Shown here: piece by piece, positions 38,101 through 49,709 of the stretch
How the letters are laid out: every line of letters begins with the position of its first letter
Numbering within the stretch: position 1 is the stretch's first letter
Assembly: GCA_040954595.2 (NCBI GenBank)
Contig: CM082585.2
Span: 5,605,808 to 5,669,807 of the forward strand
DNA: 64,000 nt
From: Balanoglossus misakiensis
Taxonomy: Eukaryota; Animalia; Hemichordata
Direction: 5' to 3'
The notes under the pieces: model-generated
The model's database searches: none
Told to the model about the DNA's origin: nothing
The model's input: only the letters and a program-made list of their open reading frames with translations
Program-made: the position numbers and the translations under genes

Positions 38101-41100
38101 TAGATCTTATGTTTCTGTCGATCAGAAAACCAGAAACAATTTGATTTTTCTCATCGTCTCCTTAGTACATATTTTCCATTCTGGGAAACTTACCTGTATG
38201 TTTCAACATTTCCCCTTTTCAGAAAATCACTTGTATATTTGACTTATAATAACACTATTCTTTGCTGACTTGAGCATCATGACAGGTTTTGAATTCTAAC
38301 AAGATGAATTTCTATTTTGCCATCCGACAGCTCATCACAAGCAAATTCGTCGGGACCGTCCAGTAACAACAGAGCCACAGAAACGATACCTCCCACACCT
38401 GTCAAGTAAGTCTGTTATTTTTTGGTTACAAAGAATGATGTTGATTACAGATTTGCTGTTTTAGAATTGAATGCCAACAATATTTATGTGAAATCAAAAT
38501 TTGAATGAGGGTAATATATTTGCTGTCTCATCATGTACCGTAATATGAGCTGTTGTAACCTAGATATTCTGTATTGATTTTACTAATAGTCCACTGATTA
38601 TAAGATTATTTTATCTTGGCATACTTTGTTTACATGCAAAATGTTGTTTGATATTTGTATACCTGGAGTGTCCTATTCTTTGGCTGAATGCCAATTCGTG
38701 ATTTTGTGACAATTTCATTCAGGTCCCATCTGGTCTGATTTCATGACTTATAGTACGTGCATTACGTAAATTTTCCTGTATCATGTAAGTTGTATAAGAA
38801 TAGGGTTGCATGCAAAATAAAGCCATGTAGGGATACGGTACACTAGATATTCAATTCACCTGCGGTTCATATTGCACTTCAATCTCCTATCCCTTATCCC
38901 TCCATCCATACATGGCTGTAACTTGCAAATAATCCTATATAATATCGACATGGGCAGGAGATTTAGAAACCCTATCAACGAAAGATACCCACTGAAGCAT
39001 TGCATGTAAATATTACTGTTGGATTCAATATATCTTCGGAAAGTCGGGATATTTTCTTCTGGGTGTTTGACCCGCGAGTCTTGCTATTTTCATTTTTGAC
39101 TTCAGAACTGCCATGTGTACAGTACAAGCTTTACAGTCCATTTTGAGTCATGCCAGCGATGTCCCGACACCGCGACTTGTCAGATATTTTAATGTAAGTG
39201 GAGTTTCTGTTTTTGAGAAATACTTAATTCTTGTTGTTTTCTTGAGTGTTTTCACCCCTGCTAATTCTGTCTCAATGTTTCTATTCTTGTATCAGGTTCT
39301 TTTGTTTGTATCTTTCATCTCCCCCCCCCCCCCCACGTTTCTTAATTTGATCTTCGATAATTCCAGTCTCAACTACCATTTTCATCTCTAACCCTATTAT
39401 TATTTCTGATTTCTCTTTCCATTACTCCATTTGTTACCAGTTTCCATAAATAATTTTCGTCTTATGGTCGCCAATTTTAGTTCACCTGTCCAGTAATACT
39501 TTGATATGTTTGAAGTTTAGTAGTTTTAGTAACTGTAGTAAAAAAAATGTACGAGAAAAAAATGTAGTTTCTGTTGTTTTGATTGGTCAAGTATGTGAAT
39601 TAAAAGTTATTGCACGGAAAATATGATTTTAAATGAGAATTATTGCTGTGTTACAGTACAACTAATTATTTTGTTTGGTTTGACATCTTCATGAGAACTT
39701 CGATATTCTCTCAGAATTTCTATATTTACATTGCGTACTTTGTGGGATTTTTCAGAACTGCCCTGTCAACCCGCGGCCGGGGATTGAGAAGAGGCTGGCC
39801 AGACTCCAGGGGGACTTCTTGCGTGAAGTCGTGGCCATGACCGGCCCACATTTTCAAGAGACGGCCAGAAAGCGATGGCAGCTAGCACTCAGGTTGTTCT
39901 ACAGAGTTATGGAGGCTATGCTCAAGTCGGTGAGTTTGCACTCTCAATGTCTCTGCAGTGTTTCATGAGTTACGTGACTTTCATGATAAGAGTTTGCTAT
40001 GGATTTGAAAATTAGACTTGCCTAGAGTTATGGGCTTAATCATGTCATAATAAATTAAATAAATTTCAGCACAATTTGTCCCGGTAAATGGCATGTGTGG
40101 AGTGAATGTGTAAGTCGCAGGATTGCTTTGGCAAGCAAGAACCGAAACTTAGTAGTGAAACACACCCAAGGCAAACAAACATATGAAAGATAAAATTAAA
40201 AGACGGCAAAAACTGAATAGTGAAGATTCTTATATCAAGACAAAAATGCCAAGCTGGTCTGTGACCATTTTAAGCCTTTGTAGGATGTGCTATGAATTAA
40301 TTGATTACAGGAGTTCCCGAGTGCACACCACCTCATATATCCTTAGTACAAAAGTTATTAAACCCTTCCACCAAAGTGGTTTAGTCCAAATCCATTGTTC
40401 TCTATGGTAAAGTTGGACCTCTACACAGGGAAACAGGGGTGGAAGGGTTAAACAACAACTACTCCAGGTTGTAATAAATGTATTGCAAAGTAAAGCGAAG
40501 AAAAAAGAGTTTCTTGAAATCCCCATGCAAGTCCATCAACTGATGATTATTATTTTTTCTCTTCCATGCATTCCACACTAATAAAACAACACCTTGATGT
40601 ACTTTTTTAATTTGTAGGAGGAAGAGAGATTATCAATGTCAGATTTCAGTACTTTGCTACACAACGACACATTCCATAAATCCTTATTGGCCGCTTCGAT
40701 AGAGGTTGTCATGGTGACGTATGGTGCTATGTGTAAGTATGACAGTGATTTACACGCTAATCTGCGGGATAAGTTACAAAGTTGTCTGTTGTACATGTCA
40801 ATGAATCCCCGGGAAGGCAATTGGTATGAACTAAGTGATGTGGCATAATTGTCGAATTCCCTTTTGTGGATGTGTCATTTTACATTTTCACCACTCGTGT
40901 CCATACTGTAAAACGAGAAATTTCCGCGACAGGAAATTTCCGCGACAGGAAATTTTTCACGATATCAAAAGTGGCAACTGTTACGCGATGATTGATTTTC
41001 TCGTTCTCGTATTTCACTGCATTGTTATCTCCGAAAAACATTTTTACGCAACTTTATTTTTGTGGTTTTTTGGGGCTCTCGCGTAGTTTGCGAAAAATTT

Positions 41101-44100
41101 ATCATTCGCGAAAATTTCCCGGTTTACAGTATTTCAACACACGCTATTCACTGACAGAATATCAATTTGTGCAACTGCTGTATTGGAAATGTGTATTACC
41201 CGGAGAGCGGTGATGGAACATGCTTTTTCTTTGTCCGAGGGAAATTGCACTCTCCGAATGAGTCTATTGACGCGGCCATTTGCACGAATAGCGTATTCAT
41301 CACCTGTGTGATGTTAGTGCGAGTTCTGCCTATAGTCATCAAGAACCCCCATCAAACTGTGCAGTGCTTAACACACAGAGCATAGAATTTGTGTTGGCAC
41401 AAACAATCTGCAAGTCTGTGGTGTTGCAACACCCTTTCATACCCAGCCTCTCTGAGTTAAATAGGACATACGGTGATAAAATTGATGTTCTCATTGTTGA
41501 CAAAATATGAGGATAATTTTGTTTTGTGATGGCATCTCCTAGGAGACGACTAACAGATTGTTACGTTTATTTTTTTGGGGAAAGATATTTACCCTTTCAC
41601 CCCCAGTTCCCTCTTCAGAGGTCCGATCTCACCATAGTAAATAATGGAGTTGGACTGAACCATGGTGGCGAAAGGGTTATTATAATAATGATCTGTGTTT
41701 ATTTCACAGGGAATACCTCTTTATCTTTAAAGTGTGAAGTATCGTTTCCTAGGATACTGGACGTCTTTGACTTAAAAGGGTTTGATTTTTACAAAGTCTT
41801 GGAAAGTTTCGTCAAAGCTGAGCCGAGACTTACCCGAGATGTTATCAAGGTATGTATTGTGTTGAGCTGGGTGTGATTTTTTTTTTTTTTTTTGGGGGGG
41901 GGGGGGGGGGGGTCATGCAGCCATGTTTATGAAGCCCGCCCTCCAGTGGTGAAACATGAGTATTTAACACTATAAAGCAGCTATCATTTTTGCAAAATAT
42001 TTTAGCTTATGTTTGTATTTTTGTTATGCATATGTTTCATACTTGTGAAAATTCCACCTGGCGAAGAAAAAAAACCGTGCGAATTTCTGCTTCAAATGTT
42101 TTGATGTGTTTTCTGTTGTCACAGCATCTGCAGTGTATCGAGAGCCAGATTTTGGAGAGAATAGCCTGGCAATCAGATTCACCACTCTTCAAGTTTGATG
42201 CGGTCAAACTGGCGACAGTAGCAGCTACCTCAAAGGTAGGTCCTGTCGGTCGATGTTTGAAAAAAAAAATTCTGATCCGTCACTGATATTCTGAAAACTT
42301 CATGTTTATTTTCATTACTGTAGATTTCACAAATCATATGCTAGGACTTGCCATGCATTTCCGAGAAAAGTCACTTGTGTTACATTGTACAGTTTCAGGA
42401 TGTATCAGCTGGGACCTTATCACCACAGAGAACCACTGCAGCTGATATGTGAGTATTTTTACACCATTGTTTGCAATTTTTGATGAAATAATGCATTTGT
42501 CTCTTAATAAGCAATTACTTTGTGTGTGACAATATATGTTACAGAAAATGTGTTGCTTTGTGTGCCCATACCAAAGCTTATCCAGGTACTGCTACATTCG
42601 GTTTTAGATCCATGGTACCTTTGGTTATAAAGTAGTCCTATAAAAATCAATATTCCCAGAAGACTATTTTTTTTATTTTACCCTAATGAGATTTTTCAGG
42701 AAAAGATAAGCCTGATAAATACCTGGGCAGTCTGTGAGCGAAGGTTCTTAAGTTCATCACCTCTGAAAAGGGATCTTGATTCCGTCCATTTTCCCGGCAT
42801 ACGCAGGTACCTTTCCCCGCTGAAGTTCCGGCAGCCGACGGGAGCGGCCGCCAACCACAGACAACAGCCGTCAGTGGGCAACTCTCCAACCAAGGGGCTG
42901 ACCGCCGGCACATCCAATGCAGGGAACACCCAAGCAGTCGGTGACGACAAGGGTCTGGCGACCCCGCCCAGGTCACAGACTCTGACGCTCTTCTTCAATA
43001 AGGTGTTGAAACTGGCGTACACCAGACTGCAGGCGATGTGCAAGGCTTTGGATGTCAACAGCGAAGTGGTAGGTCATATTTGTTTGACGTTTTCACATTT
43101 AGTCAATCCTGTATAAGTGGCAACCTCTATATAGTGGCCACTTTGTTACAGTCCCTGTGCAACTTACATATGCAGTCAAACCTGTGTTAGTGGCCACCTC
43201 TATATAGTGGCCACTTTCTTACAGTCCCTGTGCTATTTACAATTACATGTACGTTAATTGACCTGTCTATAAAGGCCAGTTTAGGAAAGTCCCTTGTCTG
43301 GCCACTATAGACAGGTTTGACTGTATATGCTAAATAACTTGTAGTGGCAATATATGATATTGGTTTGTGTTGTATAGGCTGTTGCAGATAATTAACAGAT
43401 TGAAAATTTGGCCTCTTTGAATATGAAAAGCATGATAGATCATTTTATGATCAGATTTCAAACCATGCATTTCTCTGGGCGAAAACAGTACATATTATAC
43501 AGACATTATGATTGATGCCCTTTCATATACATATAAACCTTTGTTTACAATACAGGAGAGGTACATTTGGACAACTGTTGAACACTGTACAATTCACAGA
43601 CCAGAGTTACTCAGAGACAGACATCTTGACCAGGTAAGACAGTGTATACGCAAACTTACGGTAGTTCATGTTAAATTCAAGTTGTTGTGTGGCTGATTTA
43701 CTGTGACAGATTATAGCATCAAAAATACAGAAATATCATGTCTTTCATTCAATGAATACATTGTCGACACTTTTAATTTTTAAAAGTTTTAAAACTCAAA
43801 GAAATAAAGTAAAAGATTATTGAGCGCCATAGTTTTGTAATCATACCCTCTCAAATGACCATGATTTTGACTACTTGAATATTTCTACAGATAATCCTTT
43901 GTTGTATATATGGGGTCAGCAAAGCAGCTGACAGTGAGTTGAAGTTTAAGGACATCGTGGCTGTCTACAGGAAGTTGTACCAGTCTTCTCCAAGTGTAAG
44001 TTCCCCTCTTCCATGAATCTATATTATCAAACTTTTTATAATTGAGTAGTTTTCTTTTTAGGTGGGGAATTACCGAAAAGTACACTTATATTGTACACTT

Positions 44101-46301
44101 ATGAATGTGAAACTAAAAAATAACTATAAGACAGGGTGTTCCCATCCTACCTTTTATTTTAGAAGGTGTATAAATATGAAGGTTGTGTTGAGATATTCCC
44201 TTGCTTCCATAATTAACTGATTCTAATTTGTACATAGATGCTGTTTTTAAACCTGTTTATCCCCATCTCCTCATGAAGAGGTCCAATTGTACCATAGACA
44301 ACAATGGCACTGGGACAAACCATTGTCGTGTGAAAGGGGTTAAAAGGGCAGCTTGAGCCAGGCCAGCAGGACGATTTCTTAAATGTGTTTATAAATTTCT
44401 GTCTGTTGCAGGTTTACAAGACTGTGAGAATATGTGGAGAAGAGTTTGACTCCATAATCGGGTTCTACAACCGACTGTTCATGCCAGCGTTGAAGACGTA
44501 CGTACTGCAGTTTCAACCGAATAGGGTGGTGAGTGTTTTTATCTGTTAAACTGATTCACGATTTCTGTGATGCTTGTAGAAATGTTACTGTTTGAAAAAA
44601 GACCATTTTCGAGACCACGAGAAATCTTGCGTGGCGAAGCAGGTTATATAATACCAATCAAAATTCAGAGCTAAATTTTTCAAGAAAACATTTTGGTCGT
44701 ACCATGTATATCTTTTACAGTGGGCATATAATATAACAGATCTAGGCTGTTTTATATCATTTACATGTATTACTGGTTTTCATGGTAAATGCTTTTCTCA
44801 CTTTTTTTTTTACAGAAACCAATGTTATCGCCAATTCCTGCCAAATGCCAAAATAGCCTTACCTCTCCTACAGTTATAAGGTATCTAGAGTCTAGACATA
44901 ATATTCATTGCTGTATTGATTGTACCAGATTTATGAAGGTTGTTTTGTTTGCCAACAAACATAAATTTAGTCAATCTGTGGACGTGACATTTGTGTGGTA
45001 GTGTTTGTGATCAATTTCTTTAACTCTCAGGAAGAAAGAAAAAGCTGTGAATTATTTTTATATTGTGATAATAATTTCGATAATATTTCCTTGTTTTTTC
45101 CCAGCGTGCCTGGTCGAGGCAATTTCTATGTCTCTCCACTCAAAGAGTCACCTTTCAAGAGTCCCCGCCCAAGGCAAGAGTATCCCTCGCCGAGTCAGAT
45201 GACGCCGAGATCGCGAACGCTCTACAGCTTTGGCGAAGGTCTAGGGGTGAGTGTTTGTTTGAATTAATTAGGATGCATTTAAAGCGCGTAGCTCGTCTCA
45301 CGCGCATGCGCGTAACTTCCCAGCAAATTTTCCGTTCGATGCATTCAAATAGTGGACTGCCTCCGCTTCCTTCAATATTTCATGCACACCGTATAAGTAG
45401 ATTCTGGTTTTGTCCGTCCTTTTCACTCAAGCTGGTGTCTTTTCCCGATCTCCGACACAGATTATGGTCGCCGCCATCTTGTGTGAGCACTGCCTTATGG
45501 GATTGACTGTTCACTGTTCACTGTTCGTGTAAGACGAGCTGCTATGTGCTTTAATACGTGTTTATTTTTGCTTTTTGCAGTCTGCGGAAAAGCTGCAGAA
45601 AATCAACGAAGCCATGCGAGCAGTCAAGAGATCAGCTGAAAGGAATACCCCCAAGTCACAGAAAAGACTCAAATTCGATGAGGGCTCGGATAAGGAAGAT
45701 ACATCAGAACAGAACAGCAAACGGTGGGGCTACTTTTATTTTCTTTTTAATCAACTGTTGCCCTTTGTAAAAATTGCTAATGATATTGATGCTTGGCGTA
45801 CTGTATGCGAGACAATGTCATTGTCTTTTGACAGTACAGTGAAAGCTGTAACCTGAACCCTGTCTAATCTGGGAACCTGTCTATACCAAACACATTTTCA
45901 AGTCCCTTTCGCATAGAACATGATGTAGAAGAACCTCTACAAACTGGATATGTCTGTAACCGAACAATTTCTTTTGTCCCTTTGGTGTTCTCTTGTTTTT
46001 AACAGACTTGTGATAGCTGCAAACGGAATCAACCACAAGGATGTGACGTCAGATTCAAGAGAAGTGTCCAATAACAACAGTGGTAGCGCCAATGTTTTAC
46101 AGAGAAAACTTGATGTTATCGGTAAGTTTAGAGTCAAATAGATGGATGCAATTGTGAAATAATGGTAAATTTTTTTTGCTTCACCATCGCTGTTGTTTTC
46201 ATTGAAATTACCCATGTTGATGGTCTGGTGTTGTTGCTGTTGTTTTTCCAGCGTCAGAGCGCCGCCAAGTGACAGAAAATGGCAAGTCTGCAAAGAGCTG
46301 A
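27353..46301 (+). CDS. RB1: Retinoblastoma-associated protein, about 959 aa; exons 27353-27396, 27828-28014, 29067-29122, 33266-33358, 34152-34283, 34492-34616, 35964-36074, 36327-36517, 37028-37137, 38331-38405, 39106-39193, 39756-39929, 40618-40732, 41710-41849, 42125-42235, 42399-42448, 42807-43068, 43556-43633, 43891-43995, 44412-44528, 44816-44880, 45105-45246, 45581-45723, 46006-46121, 46252-46301
   Basis: RB1-type motifs: [26 protein letters not shown]; TPVKTAM; [17 protein letters not shown]; [13 protein letters not shown]; [14 protein letters not shown]; TAADMYLSP; [20 protein letters not shown]; DSIIGFYN; GNFYVSPLK; [14 protein letters not shown]; EKLQKIN; KRLKFD. All introns GT-AG and phase-consistent, total 2880 nt. 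Confidence 0.96.
30305..30524. mobile_element. TA-flanked MITE, CTGTAAAA-TIR family, copy 1
   Basis: TACTGTAAAA ... TTTTAGAGTA with repeated TTTTCGCGA-type subterminal motifs; homologous to 37429-37644 and 40904-41131. Confidence 0.7.
31143..31237. mobile_element. About 90-bp piggyBac-like MITE, family copy
   Basis: TTAACTCTTTCACCACCATGGTTCAGTCCAAACCCATTGTTTTCTATGGT..., the reverse orientation of the 32900 copy. Confidence 0.65.
32106..32332. repeat. Compound microsatellite (AC)n(ATAC)n
   Basis: Directly visible. Confidence 0.95.
32900..32992. mobile_element. About 90-bp piggyBac-like MITE, best preserved copy
   Basis: TTAA-CCCTTT ... AAAGGG-TTAA. Confidence 0.75.
35262..35888. mobile_element. 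Long-TIR foldback element flanked by TTAA (Kolobok-like)
   Basis: Arms 35262-35499 and 35651-35888 are near-perfect inverted repeats (TTAA-AGGGGAAATCCGCTGTAGCTGATT...). The mirrored ORFs in the track confirm the near identity. Confidence 0.88.
37429..37644. mobile_element. TA-flanked MITE, CTGTAAAA-TIR family, copy 2
   Basis: TA-CTGTAAAACACTTTATTTTTGCGAG ... CTCGCGAAAATAAAGTGTTTTACAG-TA. Confidence 0.8.
40358..40451. mobile_element. About 90-bp piggyBac-like MITE, family copy
   Basis: AACCCTTCCACC ... GGTGGAAGGGTTAA with the family core. Confidence 0.65.
40904..41131. mobile_element. TA-flanked MITE, CTGTAAAA-TIR family, copy 3
   Basis: TA-CTGTAAAACGAGAAATTTCCGCGA ... TCGCGAAAATTTCCCGGTTTACAG-TA; interior homologous to 30305-30524 in reverse orientation. 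Confidence 0.75.
41589..41680. mobile_element. About 90-bp piggyBac-like MITE, family copy
   Basis: TTACCCTTTCACCCCCAGTT ... CATGGTGGCGAAAGGGTTA. Confidence 0.65.
43171..43325. mobile_element. Tc1/mariner/pogo-type MITE with a partial upstream duplicate (about 43101-43160)
   Basis: TIRs CAGTCAAACCTGT ... ACAGGTTTGACTG followed by TA; GTGGCCAC subterminal motifs. Confidence 0.7.
45289..45541. mobile_element. Possible TAG-terminated (Academ-like) MITE in an RB1 intron
   Basis: Imperfect TIRs TAGCTCGTCTCACGCG / CGTGTAAGACGAGCTG; interior more GC-rich than the flanks. No clear TSD. Confidence 0.45.
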
Positions 46302-48510
46302 TTCAGAAAACAAGTGGTCTGTTCATGGCAGTGCAAGATGGATCACAGAGAATTTTTCCCCCTGAAGAAGAGTTTTATTACAGAAATTCTGATAACCAGC
46401 TTTTAATGAAAAATAATGAAAACCCAAGGTCAAGAAAAAACTTTAATTCACCAGTTCGAAAATACAAAAGGAGAAAGTAAAAGTCATTTTTTTTTACAAA
46501 GCAAAGACTATCGCAAGTTTTGAAATATTTGCAATGTTGTTATTCATATCTTTTGGCAAGATTTCAGAAACCTAACCATAGATTTTGCAAAATGTTGTTT
46601 TGATCATTTTTCAGTCGTTTAACTTCGTGCTTGCAATACAGGAAAATTTGAATTTCCTAACCTCATCCTTGACTGATTTTCCGGATCAAAAAAACCAACA
46701 ACCACTTTTTACAAATTTTCCCATGAACTTGTTACAGTGGTCATACATTATCTAAATTCTTGTGTTTCAGGCTTTATACAACCATTTTATCCTCCTACCT
46801 GTTGTTATGTATATAAGTACAATCGAACAATTCTAAGTTATGCAGTCAAACTAAATTATGGTTGTGTTAAAGGGTTGTCTTTTCAGTGTTCTTTAGACAC
46901 ATTTGCAAAATGTTGCCACTTCAGAAATTTGGGCTGATAAAGTTATTCCAATCTTTGTTTTTTGTCAACTAGTAGCTGTTATAAGTGTAGTAAGGACAGA
47001 ATTTTAAAACCCTATCTAAATTTTACCGTTTATAAAGTTAACTAAAGATTTTAATGAGAAAAGAAAAACTTAAATTTGAAGATATTTCTAATTAAACTAT
47101 TGCCGACAGGAGAGAACGTATTTGAGATAGGAATGTTCGGGAATAAAGATGTAAGTTATTCAATTCCCAACAAATTATCATTTTTAAGATGTTTCTCTCC
47201 ACTTTTACATTTTTGTCGATAATTATTCGACCTCTTTCTATCAATAATGAAAAAAGTTCCACCGAAATTCAGTGATTTTTTTTTTACTTTTCTTTCAAAA
47301 TTTGGCGGTGGCCATGTTTGATGGCGCACAAAAGTTTCAAGTTATGTTGGTGGGGAGGGGGGTGCACCTGATTCTCCCCAGTGAACCCTCCCTGTGCTTT
47401 GATGAGTGACATGTCCCTTGGATGCAAAAAACAGAATTATTGACATACTTGTGCCTAACAAAATATTACACACTGCAGTTTATCACAAAAACTGACTATT
47501 TTTTTTCCAGATATTGCTTTCCAACAATTTACATACACACATAATCCAATACATTTCTGAGAATATCTTTGTCATATTGTACATTCCTACACTATCAGAA
47601 ATTGTGTCAATTTTTGATTATACAGATTTGTAATTTTTTTTTATTTCTCGGTAACATGCTACTTTCAAAGCATATTTTGACTTAACTGTGATAGAATACA
47701 AAAGGAACTGTTTCCTAATACTAATAGTGTTGGGTGAACTAATTATCTGAAATATAATTTACTTTTTTTGTTCAAAATATTGCGTAACAAGCTGTTGGGA
47801 TACTTTATAGGCCAGAGAGAAAAATGTTGGTCCTCAGATATTTTTGCCAACGCTACAGAAGCTTCAAGCGATTTTTTTATTACAAACCTGTAACATCTCA
47901 TTGTTTACTGATATTGAAGTCTAGATTTTGCGATCTGTTCACCATAATAATGGGAAAAAGGCAGTAAATATAAAGCCAGTGTTGACTAAACATACATGTA
48001 TTCCAAGCATTTCAACTTAGCAGAAGAAACCAAGAAATTAAAAATTTGAAACTTTTAGATACAAAATGGCCGCCAACACCGACGACAACAAAGTAATTGC
48101 AATGCAGAAGAATATTTGCTTTTTGAAAGAAAAAAATTCCAAATTCCCTGAAGTAGTAGTGGCAATTCTGAGGAACAATTAAATTTTTCTTCCTGGCCTC
48201 ACGTTTTTGTATATTGTTGGTGATTTCTTTATAATTTTACTTACAGTTGTGTGAATACTTGATCAAAGAGCTTATCTAAACAGTATTTTCTATTTTTGGG
48301 TTGATGTATATTACATATAGTTGAAAAAAAAAATGGTTTGTATAAAGTTGAAAGTTTGTTTAAAACTATTTATATAACCTTGGCATACCTGTTGATTATG
48401 TCATTGTGGGGCTATTTTGTTGGCTTTTGTTTGTTTTGAGAAGTTCAATAGACTTCTGTATGTAGTGCAGGAGGATGCGGAACTGTTGGTTGCTAAGCTC
48501 AGGTGGAATG

Positions 48511-48683
48511 AAGACTCTCTCACAGCCCCTCTCGCCGTCCATGCAGGCTTATGGACTGATTGCATGCGTGCCCGGCGAGAGGGTTCGCTGCACAACACCA
48601 TATGGGGTTTCTCCTTTGCTAAAACAGTTGAGGGCGCGTCAGTGAAGAGCTTTGTAGCGAACCGTGGGCTGTGAGAGAGTCTA
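48511..48683 (+). other. Strongly folded three-way-junction element (structured RNA or TAG-terminated MITE) downstream of the RB1 stop
   Basis: 17-bp perfect stem 48512-48528/48666-48682, 9-bp stem 48529-48537/48573-48581, 11-bp stem 48582-48592/48653-48663. Confidence 0.7.
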
Positions 48684-49533
48684 AGCTTGAATGCTACTTT
48701 GGTAGAGGAAACATAGGAAATTTACCAATCTGAACTTTGTTCAGCATTGAGACTATACAATCATATTCACATTACCTGCGTGAAAGGTGCAGATGAGAAC
48801 AAAATCGTTCTTAGCAAACAGTTTCAGCGACGTTGACTTGGATTGATAAGCATATTTTCAAAACTTGATAAATTTAGTGACTAATTTTGGTGTCAAACCC
48901 CTACTTGGAAAACTCGCCTTTTAATTGTCAAGTTATGACATCTTTAACTTGGAAAATCTGGTTTTGGATATTCGGTAACTTTTTACTGCTACCATGAGAT
49001 ATGGTATCATTTTTATCAGGTTCTTTCAACAGTTTATTGCGGGTTTGGTGGAATCATCAAAAAAAATATTTTGTACATTTTAAAACTGCTCATTTTATAC
49101 CCTGAATTGTTGAGTATTTTTGATGGCAATAAAGTCTTTTGAAACAGAATTTTGTGGGCCTTTCATCGTTTAACAGTAAACTAAACTTATCCTCTGTAAT
49201 TAGTCCCAGATGATGCGCCCCCAGTGTCCAGAATCTACGGTTCATGGTTTAATGAACAGCGCCCCCAGTGTCCAGAATACAATAATCTCGCCCGTTCGTG
49301 AACTATACCTGCATGATACATGTAGGCGTCGGGCGGTAGTATAAATCTTGGAGAAATGTATTAAAATTAGTCATTTTCTTTAAAAATGTCATTTCACATG
49401 ACGTTCTGTCGTAATTACAGCATCAACTACCTATACACTTTATGCGACCAGCATCCTGCTTTGCCTTTTCTTTTCCTGAAGTCATAAAGACTGAACTCTG
49501 CAGAGTGACTCTTTCATGATGGATGCAAAGAAA

Positions 49534-49709
49534 CATTCTCCGTACAGAGATTGTAGCTAACCTAGATAGGGGGACTGCCAGTCACACCCCCTAGCTAGAT
49601 TAGAATTATCCAAGCTGAGATTGTAGCTAACCTAGATAGGGGGACTGCCAGTCACACCCCCTAGCTAGATTAGAATTATCCAAGCGCTACAATCTATGTG
49701 CGGAGAATG
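49534..49709. mobile_element. MITE with 24-bp TIRs and an internal 70-bp tandem duplication
   Basis: CATTCTCCGTACAGAGATTGTAGC / GCTACAATCTATGTGCGGAGAATG, flanked by GCAAAGAAA and GCAAAGAAC (8-9 bp TSD); identical repeats start at 49547 and 49617. Confidence 0.8.

Noticed and set aside
44881-44890. U12-type donor in RB1 (GTATCT)
   Set aside because: Does not match GTATCCTT beyond five bases; treated as a weak U2 donor.
48508-48690. SECIS element or hammerhead ribozyme in the folded element
   Set aside because: ATGAA has no opposing GA quartet (the 3' side is TAAG) and the RB1 model has no internal TGA; the minus-strand CTGACGC...GAAAC lacks the CUGANGA core and stem I.
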